Made by a program: the position numbers and the translations under genes
Shown: positions 46,579-57,700 of the stretch, piece by piece
How the letters are laid out: every line of letters begins with the position of its first letter
How positions within the stretch are numbered: position 1 is the stretch's first letter
NCBI GenBank assembly: GCA_963677925.2
Contig: CAXXYH010000004.1
Location: forward strand, 768,001 to 832,000
DNA: 64,000 bases
Source: Spirochaetia bacterium
Lineage (GTDB): Bacteria; Spirochaetota; Spirochaetia; UBA9216
Reading direction: 5' to 3'
Notes under the pieces: generated by a model
Databases searched by the model: none
What the model saw: only the letters and a program-made list of their open reading frames with translations
Told to the model about the DNA's origin: nothing

Positions 46579-48921
46579 TTAAAACAGGTCCAGCTGCTGT
46601 CCTTCGATGATTGAATCAAAGTCCCTGCCGGCTGCAAAGAGTACTCCGTCGGCAATGGGTCGGATTTGTTTTTCTATGTAATGGCTGTAGTCGGCTCCGC
46701 CGCTGTACATTTCCACCGGAGTCGGCCCCTCGGCTGTCATTATGTAGCTGACGTTTCTGAGATTTTTTGAACCGTCGGGATCCAGTTTAAGTGCGGCTTT
46801 AACGTGGGGCGGTGTTGATTTTACATATTCAGATGTTTTCCGGTTGAGCTGACGTTTGTAGATGAGCAGACCATCGAAGCTTCCGGTTTTCAGATCCTCC
46901 ACAAATCCCTTTATCCATCCGGCAAGTTCCATATCGTTAAAGAATCTGAAAAACAGATCCTGCTGAAACTTCTTGGCAAGGTCGGTCCAGTCGGAGCGGA
47001 CGGTTTCCAGTCCCTTGAAATCTATCGTTCCGTCTTCAAGCATTCCGGCATAGCGTTTGCGGGCCCCTTCGCTGGTATAACGCATCGGCGGCAGGAAAAA
47101 CTTGGTGTAGTGCTTTTCAAATTCAATTTCCAGCTTCGACTCAATTCCGAAATCACTTTTCATCAGATTGATAAAATGATTGTTCACCTGCTCTGCAAGC
47201 TCTGCTCCGGCTGCATCAACCCTGTTCTGCTCCTCCGGTTTCATGCAGACAAAAAGAGAGTCGGTATCGCCGTAGATTACCTCATATCCGAGGTCTGTGA
47301 GATATGCCCTGCAGGTCTTCAATATCCACTGTCCTGTTCCGGTTATTGCCGTAGGCAGGTAAGGGTGGTAGAAGCGGCAGCCGGTGGTTCCCATAACGCC
47401 GTAGAAGCTGTTCATCAGAATCTTGACTGCCTGGGACAGGTAGGGATCGTTGTTCTTTTTTGCTTCAGCCCGTTTATCCATCAATCCTTCAAGAAAATCG
47501 GGAAGCACGTTCTCGGTGGATGAAAAACGTATGCCTTCCGGTGTTGTGACCGGGCTGACATCGGCTCTGACCCTTGATACGGGATCGATGAAAAAGGTCC
47601 GGATGATAGTGGGGTACAGACTTTTGAAATCAAGAACGATCACATGTGGGTAGAGTCCCGGAGCTGAGGTGAAAACAAAGCCTCCGGCCGCATGCTGCCC
47701 GGCCATTACATCGGCTGTATCTATGGCGACCAGTCCCTTGCGGTGCACTAGCGGCAGCATAAAAAAGTCGAAGGATGCTACCGACATGTGAACCTTGTCG
47801 GCGGGGAGCCCTGTAATGAGACTTCTGGTTACAAGCTGATCGATGATTGCAGTCTTCTGAAATATCTCGGTTACAAGCACGCAGTCCTCAAGATTATAGC
47901 GGGCCAGGGCCGGCTTGTCCTCACGGAACCGCCGCTCTATTTCTGCAACCTTGTCCTCGTCGGGGGTGATGTCCTTACCGCGGCCCAGCAGTTCTCCGGC
48001 GACTGTTTCAAGCTTGTAGTTTTCAAATTTGTAGAATGCTGTCCGAAGGCTCTGCGGTCCGTCGATGATTATCCGCCCGTTTGCTTCGGCCGAATACATT
48101 CCGCTTCTTTTCTGGAATATCCGAAGCTCCCTGTGTCTGAATCCACGGCCGGCAGTGAAGGGCCTGCCGTAGAGCTCCGACCGCCTTTTGATAAAATCAA
48201 GGTCGAAGCCTATAACGTGCCAGCCGACGATTATGTCGGGATCACGTTCCTGAAGGTGTCTTTCAAAGCCGAGCAGGAGAGACTGCTCATCCGGCAGGTA
48301 TCTAAGCTCCTGGCTGCTTCCGTAATTATTACCGGAGTCTCTATTCGCTGCATTAACCGGATTTGCAGGTTCCCCGCGCATCAGCACTGTTTTAAACTCG
48401 CCGGAAGCATAGGTCGTATGCTCCGCGATTGAATAGATGCTGCCGTCGGTTCCTGTTTCGATATCAAGCGACATGACCCGCAGTTCCGGACGGTAGTCAG
48501 CCGGGCTCAGGGAAGGATTTATGAAAACGTTAATATTGTTCTGTTTTTGAACATTTCCCTCTATCTGAACACCGCATTTAATGTAGCGTTCCATTAAAAA
48601 ACGGTCTTCCGCCCTGATATCCGATTCGTATACCCGTATGTTACTGTCGCGCAGCCTTCTGCGGGTCTGAAAGTAACTGTCGAGGCTGCTGAAGTAAAGT
48701 CCGTCGACCCGGACTCCGTCGAAATCGCTTAAATCAAGTGTTTTTCTTTCAAGCCCAGCTGTTTCCTGATCGGGGCAGTCATGTCTTATAAAGAAAACCG
48801 GTTTATGCGGACTGATTGCTATTACAAAAGGGCCGGAATCTCCGGTTCCGTAGTAATGCAGCTCACATCTGCCGTTAATATCGAGGCTGTGCATTGTAAG
48901 CAGGTAGCCGGTTTCGGTCAT
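46579..48921 (-). CDS. polB: DNA polymerase II (family B)
   Basis: ExoI SLDIET, ExoII GWHVIGFDL, YNLEDC, LDFKSLYPTII, KILMNSFYG, YGDTDS; C-terminal clamp-binding motif QLDLF. Confidence 0.95.
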   Translation of the reverse strand: MTETGYLLTMHSLDINGRCELHYYGTGDSGPFVIAISPHKPVFFIRHDCPDQETAGLERKTLDLSDFDGVRVDGLYFSSLDSYFQTRRRLRDSNIRVYESDIRAEDRFLMERYIKCGVQIEGNVQKQNNINVFINPSLSPADYRPELRVMSLDIETGTDGSIYSIAEHTTYASGEFKTVLMRGEPANPVNAANRDSGNNYGSSQELRYLPDEQSLLLGFERHLQERDPDIIVGWHVIGFDLDFIKRRSELYGRPFTAGRGFRHRELRIFQKRSGMYSAEANGRIIIDGPQSLRTAFYKFENYKLETVAGELLGRGKDITPDEDKVAEIERRFREDKPALARYNLEDCVLVTEIFQKTAIIDQLVTRSLITGLPADKVHMSVASFDFFMLPLVHRKGLVAIDTADVMAGQHAAGGFVFTSAPGLYPHVIVLDFKSLYPTIIRTFFIDPVSRVRADVSPVTTPEGIRFSSTENVLPDFLEGLMDKRAEAKKNNDPYLSQAVKILMNSFYGVMGTTGCRFYHPYLPTAITGTGQWILKTCRAYLTDLGYEVIYGDTDSLFVCMKPEEQNRVDAAGAELAEQVNNHFINLMKSDFGIESKLEIEFEKHYTKFFLPPMRYTSEGARKRYAGMLEDGTIDFKGLETVRSDWTDLAKKFQQDLFFRFFNDMELAGWIKGFVEDLKTGSFDGLLIYKRQLNRKTSEYVKSTPPHVKAALKLDPDGSKNLRNVSYIMTAEGPTPVEMYSGGADYSHYIEKQIRPIADGVLFAAGRDFDSIIEGQQLDLF

Positions 48922-48991
48922 GCTTCATTTTAACAGATAATTCATCTTTTTTCGTTGACCGCAGAGGCGGTAAAGCGATATTTTTAGATAC

Positions 48992-49867
48992 ATGACTGAA
49001 ATAATGAGGATTGAAAACCTCGTAAAGGATTACGGGAAAGTCAGGGCCGTTGACGGTATAAGCTTTTCCATTCCCGAAGGTGTCTGTTTCGGACTTCTCG
49101 GGCCGAACGGCGCAGGAAAAACTACTACCATCGAGATGATGGAGGGTATACTGAAGCCCACAGCCGGCAGGATACTTTTCCGTGACCGTGACATAGATTT
49201 CCACTTCAAGCAGAAGGTCGGTATTCAGTTTCAGAACACCGCCCTTCCGGAGTTTATCACTGTAAAAGAAACACTCGAACTTTTCCGGGCATTATACCCG
49301 CAGCCGCGTGAACTTGATGAAATCATCGATATCTGTTCCCTTTCAGAGTTTGTGAACAGGGACAACCGCAAGCTTTCCGGAGGCCAGCGCCAGCGCCTGC
49401 TTCTGGGGCTGGCAATAATCCCCCGGCCTGAGATTCTCTTTCTTGATGAACCGACCACCGGGCTAGATCCGCAGGCAAGAAGAAATTTCTGGGATCTGAT
49501 AGAGAGGATAAAGGCTGAAAACACTACTATCCTGCTTACAACCCACTACATGGATGAGGCCGAAATTCTCTGTGATCAGATCGGCATCATCGATCACGGT
49601 AAACTTCTTGAGATTGATACACCGCAGGCCCTGCTTAACAGGCATTTCAGCGGTGCAATTGTCAGGGTTCCGCTCAAGGATGAAGCCTGCTTTGAATTTG
49701 AAAACGGCGAGGTTAAAAACGGTATTCTGAAGATTGAAACCCCTGATCTCGATCACACGATGCGCCATCTGCTCAACTGCGACATCAACCTGGAAGGGCT
49801 GACAATTCAGAAGCCGAACCTTGAGGATCTTTTCCTGAAACTTACAGGAACTATGCTGAGGGCATGA
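48992..49867 (+). CDS. ABC-2 exporter ATP-binding protein
   Basis: GPNGAGKTT, LSGGQ, DEPTTGLD, TTHYM. Confidence 0.95.
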   Translation: MTEIMRIENLVKDYGKVRAVDGISFSIPEGVCFGLLGPNGAGKTTTIEMMEGILKPTAGRILFRDRDIDFHFKQKVGIQFQNTALPEFITVKETLELFRALYPQPRELDEIIDICSLSEFVNRDNRKLSGGQRQRLLLGLAIIPRPEILFLDEPTTGLDPQARRNFWDLIERIKAENTTILLTTHYMDEAEILCDQIGIIDHGKLLEIDTPQALLNRHFSGAIVRVPLKDEACFEFENGEVKNGILKIETPDLDHTMRHLLNCDINLEGLTIQKPNLEDLFLKLTGTMLRA

Positions 49868-49883
49868 AGGCGGAGAAATTAGA

Positions 49884-50879
49884 ATGAAGAAATTTTATGC
49901 GATAGTACATGCCAGAACGATGGAGTTTGTGAGGGACAGGGGAACCCTTTTCTGGAACCTGCTTTTTCCTCTCCTTCTGATAGTCGGTTTTTCTTTTGCC
50001 TTCGGAGGCGAAGATGATGCCCTGTTCAAGGCGGCCGTTATCGGCGAGGTTCCGGAATCTGCTTCGGCGTTTTTTGAGCTCTCTTCGGTTGAGAAGATAA
50101 TATCCTCTGATACGCCTGAGGATGCAGTTTCAAAGGTACGGCAGCATCAGCTTGATATGCTTGTTAATTTTAATGAAGGTGTTTTCTACCTGAACCCGGA
50201 AGCCTCCTCCGCCGAGGTCTTGCGTTACTTCGCCGTTGATATGCTTCCCGGTCTTTCTGAACGTGAAGCTGCAGGGGAACCGGTCCGTTATATTGACTGG
50301 GCTGTTCCTGGCATCATCGGAATGAACATGCTTTTCAGCTGTATGTTCGGCGTCGGCTTCGTTATCGTCCGTTACCGGAAGAATGGTGTGCTTAAACGGA
50401 TGAAGGCCACGCCTATCACACCCTTTGTGTTTGTAACCGCCCAGATGGGCAGCCGCTTTGTTATTGCACTCGTATCATCTGTGGTTATCTTTACAGGTAC
50501 TAACCTCTTTCTGCATTTTACAATGAACGGCTCCTGGCTGCTTCTTCTGCTTATAACCGCCCTTGCGATTCTGTGCATGATATCCTTCGGGCTGATATTT
50601 GCGGCAAGGATAAAAAGCGAGGAACTGGCCAACGGCCTGATGAATATCTTCAGTTTTCCGATGATGGTATTCTCGGGTGTTTTCTTCTCGCTTGAGGGCT
50701 CACCGGAACTGCTTCAGAAGTTTTCAAAGATATTTCCGCTGACCCACTTTGTTGACGGGGCCAGGGAAATTATGATTGACGGCGCCGGAATCATAGATGT
50801 ACTGCCGCAGTTTGCCGTTTTAGGCGCAATGACGGCGGCTTTTCTTCTGGCCGCGTCGCTTCTTTTCAGGTGGGAATAA
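49884..50879 (+). CDS. ABC-2 exporter permease
   Basis: RDRGTLFW, YIDW.VPG, GVLKR.KATP, FPLTH. Confidence 0.92.
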   Translation: MKKFYAIVHARTMEFVRDRGTLFWNLLFPLLLIVGFSFAFGGEDDALFKAAVIGEVPESASAFFELSSVEKIISSDTPEDAVSKVRQHQLDMLVNFNEGVFYLNPEASSAEVLRYFAVDMLPGLSEREAAGEPVRYIDWAVPGIIGMNMLFSCMFGVGFVIVRYRKNGVLKRMKATPITPFVFVTAQMGSRFVIALVSSVVIFTGTNLFLHFTMNGSWLLLLLITALAILCMISFGLIFAARIKSEELANGLMNIFSFPMMVFSGVFFSLEGSPELLQKFSKIFPLTHFVDGAREIMIDGAGIIDVLPQFAVLGAMTAAFLLAASLLFRWE

Positions 50880-52533
50880 TCTCAGCATAGCGGCGGTCTG
50901 CTGTGCCAAGCAGTCTTTTCAGCAGCAGTATAGCTGCGGCTGCGGCTGCCAGGGTAATTATCAGCCCGATTAAGACTACCGGAAGCCCCGCTAAATACAG
51001 GCCTGAGCCTACAGCTGCTCCTGCAATTGCCGGGAGCAGGCTCATCCCCATTCCGGCAAGTACATTCATATTCTGCTTCATTGCCTGCTGGGGATTGTCC
51101 CAGTTGAGTACCGGCCGTGAGAGATCTATTCCCAGACCAAGGGCAAATCCAATCATGATGAAGGCGGGGCCGCCGGGGAGCAGGTAAAGCAGGTGTGCGG
51201 CTGGAAACCTGAAAATTGCAAACATGATAATGATATTCAGAAGCCAGCTTCCGCAGAACAGGGCCAGCTGAAAGTACAGCTTTGCCAGCACCTGCTCTCT
51301 GCCGCTGACCGGAATGCTCTTGCTTAGATTAATGCTCCTTCCTTCACGGGAGATGCTTGTTGATGCGATGCTGTTTATTGTGCTGAAGAGTACCAGCGCT
51401 GCAAAAACCAGCAGAGGGGCGGCCGGGAAGCCGTTGAAAAACGGCATTATCTGGCTCATGTACTCATCGGGCATTGAAAAGCTGAAGACTATAAGGATGA
51501 TCGGCAGCACAAGCAGTTCTCCGGCCGCTTCAAAGAGAAATGTCGAGTTTGAACTGAGTATCCTCCACTCGCGCAGCATTAAGGCCGCCCCGGGGGTAGA
51601 ATGCTTCAGAAACTGAAGATGGTGCTTTTGTGTCGAACGGCTGTCTGCACGCCGCTTTTTCCGTACTGACGCGGTCTGTCCCGCACTTCGGAGTGCATTA
51701 AGAATCAGCCTGCTCATCAGAAGAAATACACCGCAGAATACAGCAGCTGAGGTTGCCGCATAGAGCAGTGCATAGAGAATGCTGCCCTTACCGATTGAAA
51801 CTGCTGCGAACCTTGAAATGAAGAAAGTCTTTTCAAGCATCCCGATATATCTGTTAAGAAGTGCTGCTATTGCCGCTGTGTCGCCTTCCATCAGCTGGCG
51901 GCTCCATAGCGTCTGTATGGCCACGATAAGGATAACCCCTGTCAGCATCCCCGCAATTTCCAGCAGGCTCTTGTGTTTACCTCTTCCGGACAGCTTCGAA
52001 AGGAGGGCTGCTGCCGCTGCTGCGATGCATATTGGAATAAGAGGCTGAAAGATTACAGTGAACAGTGCTGCCAGAATCGGCATAACGCCCGGGCCTGCCC
52101 ACTGCAGATATACAACTACTGCCGGTATGAAGAAAAATAGATTTATCGGCTGGGTAAAGATGTAGATGTAGGCCGACTTGGATATGATGATGTCGTATAC
52201 TGAAACCGGCAGGCTTAAAAGCAGACGGTTTTCCTTCGACTGAAAAAAGACAGACAGAGCTATTGGTACCGATACGAAGAAGAGCATGAATGAAGCTGCT
52301 GCAGATGCTACAAGCAGTACAGTTTCTGGCTTGCCTGCAATAACTCCTGCGGTCAGCATTGCCTGGTAGTTGCTTATCAGCATGAACATGAAAGTTCCCA
52401 GTCCGGAAAGCATACCAAGTCCTGCTATCGGTATCAGCCAGAGCCTGTCTTTCTCTTTCATCTGACGGAAGTATGCTTTTGAAAACATCCCCGATGAGAG
52501 GATGTTGGCTTTAATCAGTGCTGCTGTTTTCAT
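50866..52533 (-). CDS. putative ABC-2 type permease (large)
   Basis: Many TM segments; SISREG, P.LNWDN.QQAMKQN; coupled to the ATPase gene. Confidence 0.85.
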   Translation of the reverse strand: MKTAALIKANILSSGMFSKAYFRQMKEKDRLWLIPIAGLGMLSGLGTFMFMLISNYQAMLTAGVIAGKPETVLLVASAAASFMLFFVSVPIALSVFFQSKENRLLLSLPVSVYDIIISKSAYIYIFTQPINLFFFIPAVVVYLQWAGPGVMPILAALFTVIFQPLIPICIAAAAAALLSKLSGRGKHKSLLEIAGMLTGVILIVAIQTLWSRQLMEGDTAAIAALLNRYIGMLEKTFFISRFAAVSIGKGSILYALLYAATSAAVFCGVFLLMSRLILNALRSAGQTASVRKKRRADSRSTQKHHLQFLKHSTPGAALMLREWRILSSNSTFLFEAAGELLVLPIILIVFSFSMPDEYMSQIMPFFNGFPAAPLLVFAALVLFSTINSIASTSISREGRSINLSKSIPVSGREQVLAKLYFQLALFCGSWLLNIIIMFAIFRFPAAHLLYLLPGGPAFIMIGFALGLGIDLSRPVLNWDNPQQAMKQNMNVLAGMGMSLLPAIAGAAVGSGLYLAGLPVVLIGLIITLAAAAAAILLLKRLLGTADRRYAEIIPT

Positions 52534-53248
52534 TTGTAAGCTCCAGGAATATTTTTTCCAGAGTATCGCCGGGCTGCGCTCCGGCCTTTATTTCATCCAT
52601 GCGTCCAAGCGCCCGGATCTTTCCGTGGCTTATTATTCCTACCCGGTCGCAGATTCTTTCGGCTACTTCCATTACATGGGTTGAGAAGAATACCGTTTTG
52701 TCCAGATCGCAGAGTTCCCTCATTTTTGTTTTTAAAACGAAGGCCGACTGGGGATCGAGTCCTGAAATAGGCTCATCGAGTATAAACACTTCAGGTTCAT
52801 GCATGAGGGCTGCGGTTATTGAAAGTTTCTGCTTCATCCCGTGAGAGTATGATGAGATTAGCTCGGAAAGCTTGTCTTCAAGACCGAACTCAGCCGCTGT
52901 TCCGAGGGCTGCTTCTCTCTGTTTTTCATTGCAGTCATAAATATCAGCAATGAACTTGAGAAAGGTCAGGCCGCTCATTTTGTCATAGAATACCGGTTCA
53001 TCCGGTACGTATCCGATAAGCTTCTTTGCCTCAATGGGTTTTTGCACGATATCGATCCCGCAGAGTTTAAGGTTTCCGCTGTCAGGGTTCAGGAGGCCTG
53101 TAAGCATTTTAATTGTTGTTGATTTTCCTGCTCCGTTGGGGCCGAGAAAACCGAAAATCTGGCCCGGTTCAACTGTGAGATTCAGGCCGTCGACCGCTTT
53201 TACCGTGCCCTTTGAATAGCTTTTACTGATTTCATTGATTTCTATCAT
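52511..53248 (-). CDS. ABC transporter ATP-binding protein
   Basis: GPNGAGKST, YSHGMKQK, DEP, STH. Confidence 0.95.
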   Translation of the reverse strand: MIEINEISKSYSKGTVKAVDGLNLTVEPGQIFGFLGPNGAGKSTTIKMLTGLLNPDSGNLKLCGIDIVQKPIEAKKLIGYVPDEPVFYDKMSGLTFLKFIADIYDCNEKQREAALGTAAEFGLEDKLSELISSYSHGMKQKLSITAALMHEPEVFILDEPISGLDPQSAFVLKTKMRELCDLDKTVFFSTHVMEVAERICDRVGIISHGKIRALGRMDEIKAGAQPGDTLEKIFLELTNENSSTD

Positions 53249-53301
53249 CTGATTACCTCGATTTTTGTGACATCCATAAATACATCTTTATTAATCATTT
53301 A

Positions 53302-53331
53302 TTCACAGAAAAGAAAAAATAAAGGTATAAT
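53302..53331 (+). promoter_or_regulatory. candidate sigma70 promoter for sbcDC
   Basis: TTCACA-N18-TATAAT; predicted start ~53337-53338. Confidence 0.5.
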
Positions 53332-53336
53332 AATGG

Positions 53337-53485
53337 AACGTCCCGTAAAACCCGGTTGGTTTTACTGGACGTTTTGAAGTAAAATTTTACATAAATATTT
53401 AAATTCCTGATTTATTTCAGCTTGTAAAATTTTCTTCATTTACATTAAGGTTGGAAAATCAAAAATTCCCGATTTTTGATTTTCC
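53337..53485 (+). repeat. three-hairpin structured intergenic element, copy A
   Basis: Homologous to the reverse complement of 63668-63810; shared blocks TAAAACnCnGTTGGTTTTA, TTTGAAG, TCTTCATTTACAT, AAGGT; three stems. Confidence 0.75.
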
Positions 53486-53512
53486 CTAATTGAAAAAAAT
53501 CCGGAGCACCTA

Positions 53513-54772
53513 TTGAAGATTTTACATACGTCGGACTGGCATCTCGGTGCCAGGCTTGGAGATTACAGCAGGATAGATGAACAGAAAGAGGTCCTCGAAG
53601 AAATAAGGCATATTGCTGAACAGAATGATGTATCGCTGGTTATTGTTGCCGGTGATCTTTTTGATACCTTTAACCCCCCGGTTGAAGCTGCCGAACTGCT
53701 TTACCGGGAGCTGAAAAAGCTTTCCGATGACGGCAGACGGCCGGTAATTGCTATTGCGGGCAACCATGATTCACCAGACCGTATCGAGGCTCCGGACCCG
53801 CTTGCAGCCGAATGCGGTATATTCTTTGTCGGCTACCCCGAGATGCAGAAAAAAGAGACAGTACTCGAATGCGGTACGCGTATCAGCTTTCCCGATCGCG
53901 GAATCCTTGAAGTGGAAACTGCCGGCGGTGAAAAGGCACGGATCATTACTACAGCCTATGCGAATGAAAACAGGCTTCGAAGATATCTCGGTGCTGAAGA
54001 CCGTGAACAGAAAATTTCAGAGGTTCTCGGACAGCTCTGGAAGGAGCTTGCTGATAAGTACTGTGATGATAAGGCTGTAAATATTCTTGCAGCACATCTG
54101 TTTATGAGTGCAGTCTCGGAGATCGGACCGCTTTTCAGTGAAGAACTGCCGGAGAATCCCGAACCTGAGGGAGAGCGTTCAATCCTTCATCCCGGCGGGC
54201 TTGAAATGATTGACGCCGCTCTGGTGCCTCCGCAGATTCAGTACACAGCTCTCGGGCATCTTCACCGTTTCTCTGAGATTAATACGCCGTCCGGAGCACC
54301 GGCAGTGTATTCAGGCAGTCCGCTTGCTTTCGGACTCAGCGAGGAAAACCAGCAGAAGTATGCTGTCCTTGTAGATGTTATACCCGGTGCAAAGGCCGCA
54401 GTTGAAAAAATCCCTTTGAAATCGGGAAAGCGGATTCTCAGAAAGCGCTTCGCCGGAATAAGCGAGGCCGAGGAGTGGCTGAAGGAAAATCAGGACTGCT
54501 ATGTAGAGCTTATAGTACGCTGCGGTTCATGGATAAGCGCCGATGAGCGGAAGATGCTTTACGGACTGCACCCGGGAATTACTGCCTTGATTCCTGAACT
54601 TGAGAATGATGAAGACGGCGACACTCAGTATTCGGAAAGCCTTCCGGATCTTGGGAAATCTGTACCGGAACTTTTTGCTTCCTACTTTGAAGCGGTGAAG
54701 GGGAGTCCTCCCGACACTGCGCTGATGGCGCTTTTCGGTGAGCTTTCTTCTCTCGGGGAGGATGAGGAATGA
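53513..54772 (+). CDS. sbcD: exonuclease SbcCD subunit D
   Basis: HTSDWHLG, AGDLFD, AGNHDS, ALGHLH, YSGSP. Confidence 0.95.
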   Translation: MKILHTSDWHLGARLGDYSRIDEQKEVLEEIRHIAEQNDVSLVIVAGDLFDTFNPPVEAAELLYRELKKLSDDGRRPVIAIAGNHDSPDRIEAPDPLAAECGIFFVGYPEMQKKETVLECGTRISFPDRGILEVETAGGEKARIITTAYANENRLRRYLGAEDREQKISEVLGQLWKELADKYCDDKAVNILAAHLFMSAVSEIGPLFSEELPENPEPEGERSILHPGGLEMIDAALVPPQIQYTALGHLHRFSEINTPSGAPAVYSGSPLAFGLSEENQQKYAVLVDVIPGAKAAVEKIPLKSGKRILRKRFAGISEAEEWLKENQDCYVELIVRCGSWISADERKMLYGLHPGITALIPELENDEDGDTQYSESLPDLGKSVPELFASYFEAVKGSPPDTALMALFGELSSLGEDEE

Positions 54773-57700
54773 GACCTGAAAAACTTGTCCTTGAGGGTGT
54801 TTACTCCTACCGCAGCCGGACTGAAATCGATTTTACAAGCCTTACCGAGGCTGATCTGTTTGGTATATTCGGAAGTGTCGGCAGCGGAAAGTCGGCTATC
54901 CTTGAGGCGATAACCTTCGTCCTTTATGGAGAGATCTCTCGACTCGACAAGAAAAACCGTTACTACAATATGATGAACCTGCGGGCTGCTGTAATGGTTA
55001 TCGATTTTATTTTCTGTCATGAAGGCCGCCGTTACCGGTTTACATTCAATACTAAAAGGAACAAAAAAGATTTTGAAAAGATAGAAACCCCTGAGCGGGC
55101 GGGTTATAAGGATGACACCGGCGAATGGATTCCGCTTTTTGACAAGGATAATGAGGTTACAGCCGAAGGTATTCTCGGGATGAACTATGACAGCTTCCGA
55201 CGGGCGGTGATTGTTCCGCAGGGGCAGTTTCAGGAGTTCCTTCATCTGGGAAAAAATGAGCGGACCGGTATGCTTAAGGACCTTTTCAGCCTCGGCCGCT
55301 TCGACCTTTTCAGCAGGGCTTCAATACTTGCTTCCCGAACCAGCAAGGAAGCTGCTGGAATTGACGGTGCCCTCAGCGGCCTTGAAGGTGTATCCGAAGA
55401 GGAGCTGGAAAAACAGAAGGAAGAAGCTGCGGAAAACAGCAGAATGCTGGAAAAGGCACAGGTTGACTTTAAAAAAAGCAGTGATGCCTTTGAACGGATG
55501 AAGGGCCTTGCCGAGCGCTTCGCAGAGCTTTCGGGGTACGAGGCACAGAAGAAGGAGCTCGACTCCCGGGCGGCTGATATCGGTGAAGAGAAAAAGCTTG
55601 TTTCGGACTATCAGATCTATGTTGAATACTTTAAATCTGATCTTGAGCGTCTTGCATCTCTTGAAAAGGAGGAGGCTCAATCGGCTGAGCGGCTTTCGGA
55701 AACTGAGAAAGAACTGCAGAAAATATCAGCAGAAAAGCTGGAAGTAGATACAGCCTATGAAAAAGCAAGGGCGCAGTATGAGCAGCTTGATGACAATAAA
55801 AAGAAATCAGAGTGGTTTGTGGGGCTTCTTGAGCTTCAGCGCTTCAATGATGAGCTTGAAAAGCTTGATTCCGGTATATCGGAGGCTGAGAAATTTCCGG
55901 CGGAATCAGCTGCAAAACTGGCTGCTTTTAAGTCTGAACTTGATAATTTAAATCTTGAACTTGAAGATCTTCAGCAGTCCGGTACGGCCGAGCAGATGAG
56001 AGGCCTTGCTGAGTGGTATTCAAAAATGGATGCACTTAAAAGTACTGAAAGGGCTGTGCTTGAAAGACTTTCTGCGGTTGAAAAACGGCTGAAACTGGCG
56101 GAAGCTGAGTTATCCCGGATTCTGTCAGGGGAAGATGCAGTAAACTCAGGCTTTGATTTTTCAGAAGCTTCTTCATCTGATGAGGCGCTGTCTGCTGTCT
56201 CTGATGCAGAGGAGGTTCTATCCAGAGAGGACTTTGAACTGAGAGACAAACAAAAGGATGAGGCGGTCCGGAATGAGATGGCAAGACTCAGTTCATCACT
56301 TCATGATGGTAAACCCTGTCCTCTCTGCGGTTCAACTGAACATCCGGCTCCGGCTGGATTCTCCGAAGATGGCGGGGATAGCCTGACCTGGGCTTCAGAG
56401 GCTCTGAGCCGGCGAAGAGCCGCCCTTGAAAGGCTTAAAACTGAGTTGACCGCCCTGTATGCCACCCTCCGTGCAGCAGCGGCTTCTGCCGCCGAATGCC
56501 GCGGTGAAGCCGCTGCTGCATCGGCAGCTGTTCTTGATTTTAAGGCATCATTCAGTTCCGATAAATTCAGTGCTGCTGATCCTGATGATTTCCGTCAGGA
56601 GTACCGCAGGTTTCTCGATAATCAAAAACGGACCGAAGATATCAGACGTGCACAGTCCGGGATTAATGCTGAGATGGAGAAGCTTCGTTCCGAGGCTGAG
56701 GCCGCCGCCGGAAAACTTGCTGAGCTCAGGAATCGCCGGTCGGCAATGACAGCCCGAATTGAAAGTATTGAAGAAAGAATCGATTCCGATTTCATAGAAC
56801 AGTATTCCGCTTCGGGCCCGGAAGTGCTTCAGAAGCTGCAGAGAGCAAATGATGATAGCATTAAAAATATTTCGGATAATTACAGGCGGCTTTCTGAAAA
56901 ACGTGATTCCATGACTGCCATTGCAGCCGGACTTGAATCTAAAAAGAGAGAGCTGTCGGCCAGACTTGCTGAAACAGAGGCTGCAATATCGGAACTCAGG
57001 AAGAAAATAAATGAAATGCTTGAAGAGAAAAAGGCTGATTCAATTGATGATGTTTCTGCAACTCTCAGTCGAGCTTCTGAGATAGATGCAATAAGAAGCC
57101 GGGTTCGGGACTTTGAACAGGCTCTGCAGGAAGTTTCTGCAAGGATAGAACATCTGAAAGAAATCACAGAGGGCGCAAAATTTGATGAAGATGCTTTTCA
57201 GGCGGAGGGCAGGCGGAATGATGTTCTTAAGCAGGAGGTTCAGAGACTGTCGGGTGAAGCCGGGCGCTATGAGTCCGAGCTTAAAAGAGCCGCTGCCGAC
57301 CTTGAGAAAAAGAATGAGCTTATGAAGCAGAAAAAAGAGCTTGATACACGGACTGAAAATCTGAAATTACTGAAGTTTATGCTTCAGGGAAATAAATTTG
57401 TCGATTTTGTTGCGACGGTCTACCTCAAGGAACTCTGCAATTCTGCAAACAGCCGCTTTCGCATTCTGACCCGAGAATCGCTTCGGATTGAGCTTGATGA
57501 ATCAAATAACTTTATCATACGCGATTATCTTAATGATGGAAAAACAAGATCTGTAAAAACCCTTTCCGGCGGTCAGACTTTTCAGGCGGCTTTTTCTCTT
57601 GCACTCGCTCTTGCCGACAACATGGAGAAGGGTAAGGCTGAGTTCTTCTTTCTTGATGAGGGCTTCGGATCTCTGGACAGGGAGTCACTTGAACTTGTTT

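Noticed and set aside
47110-48432. Several plus-strand ORFs of 67-214 aa
   Set aside because: Antisense shadows of polB
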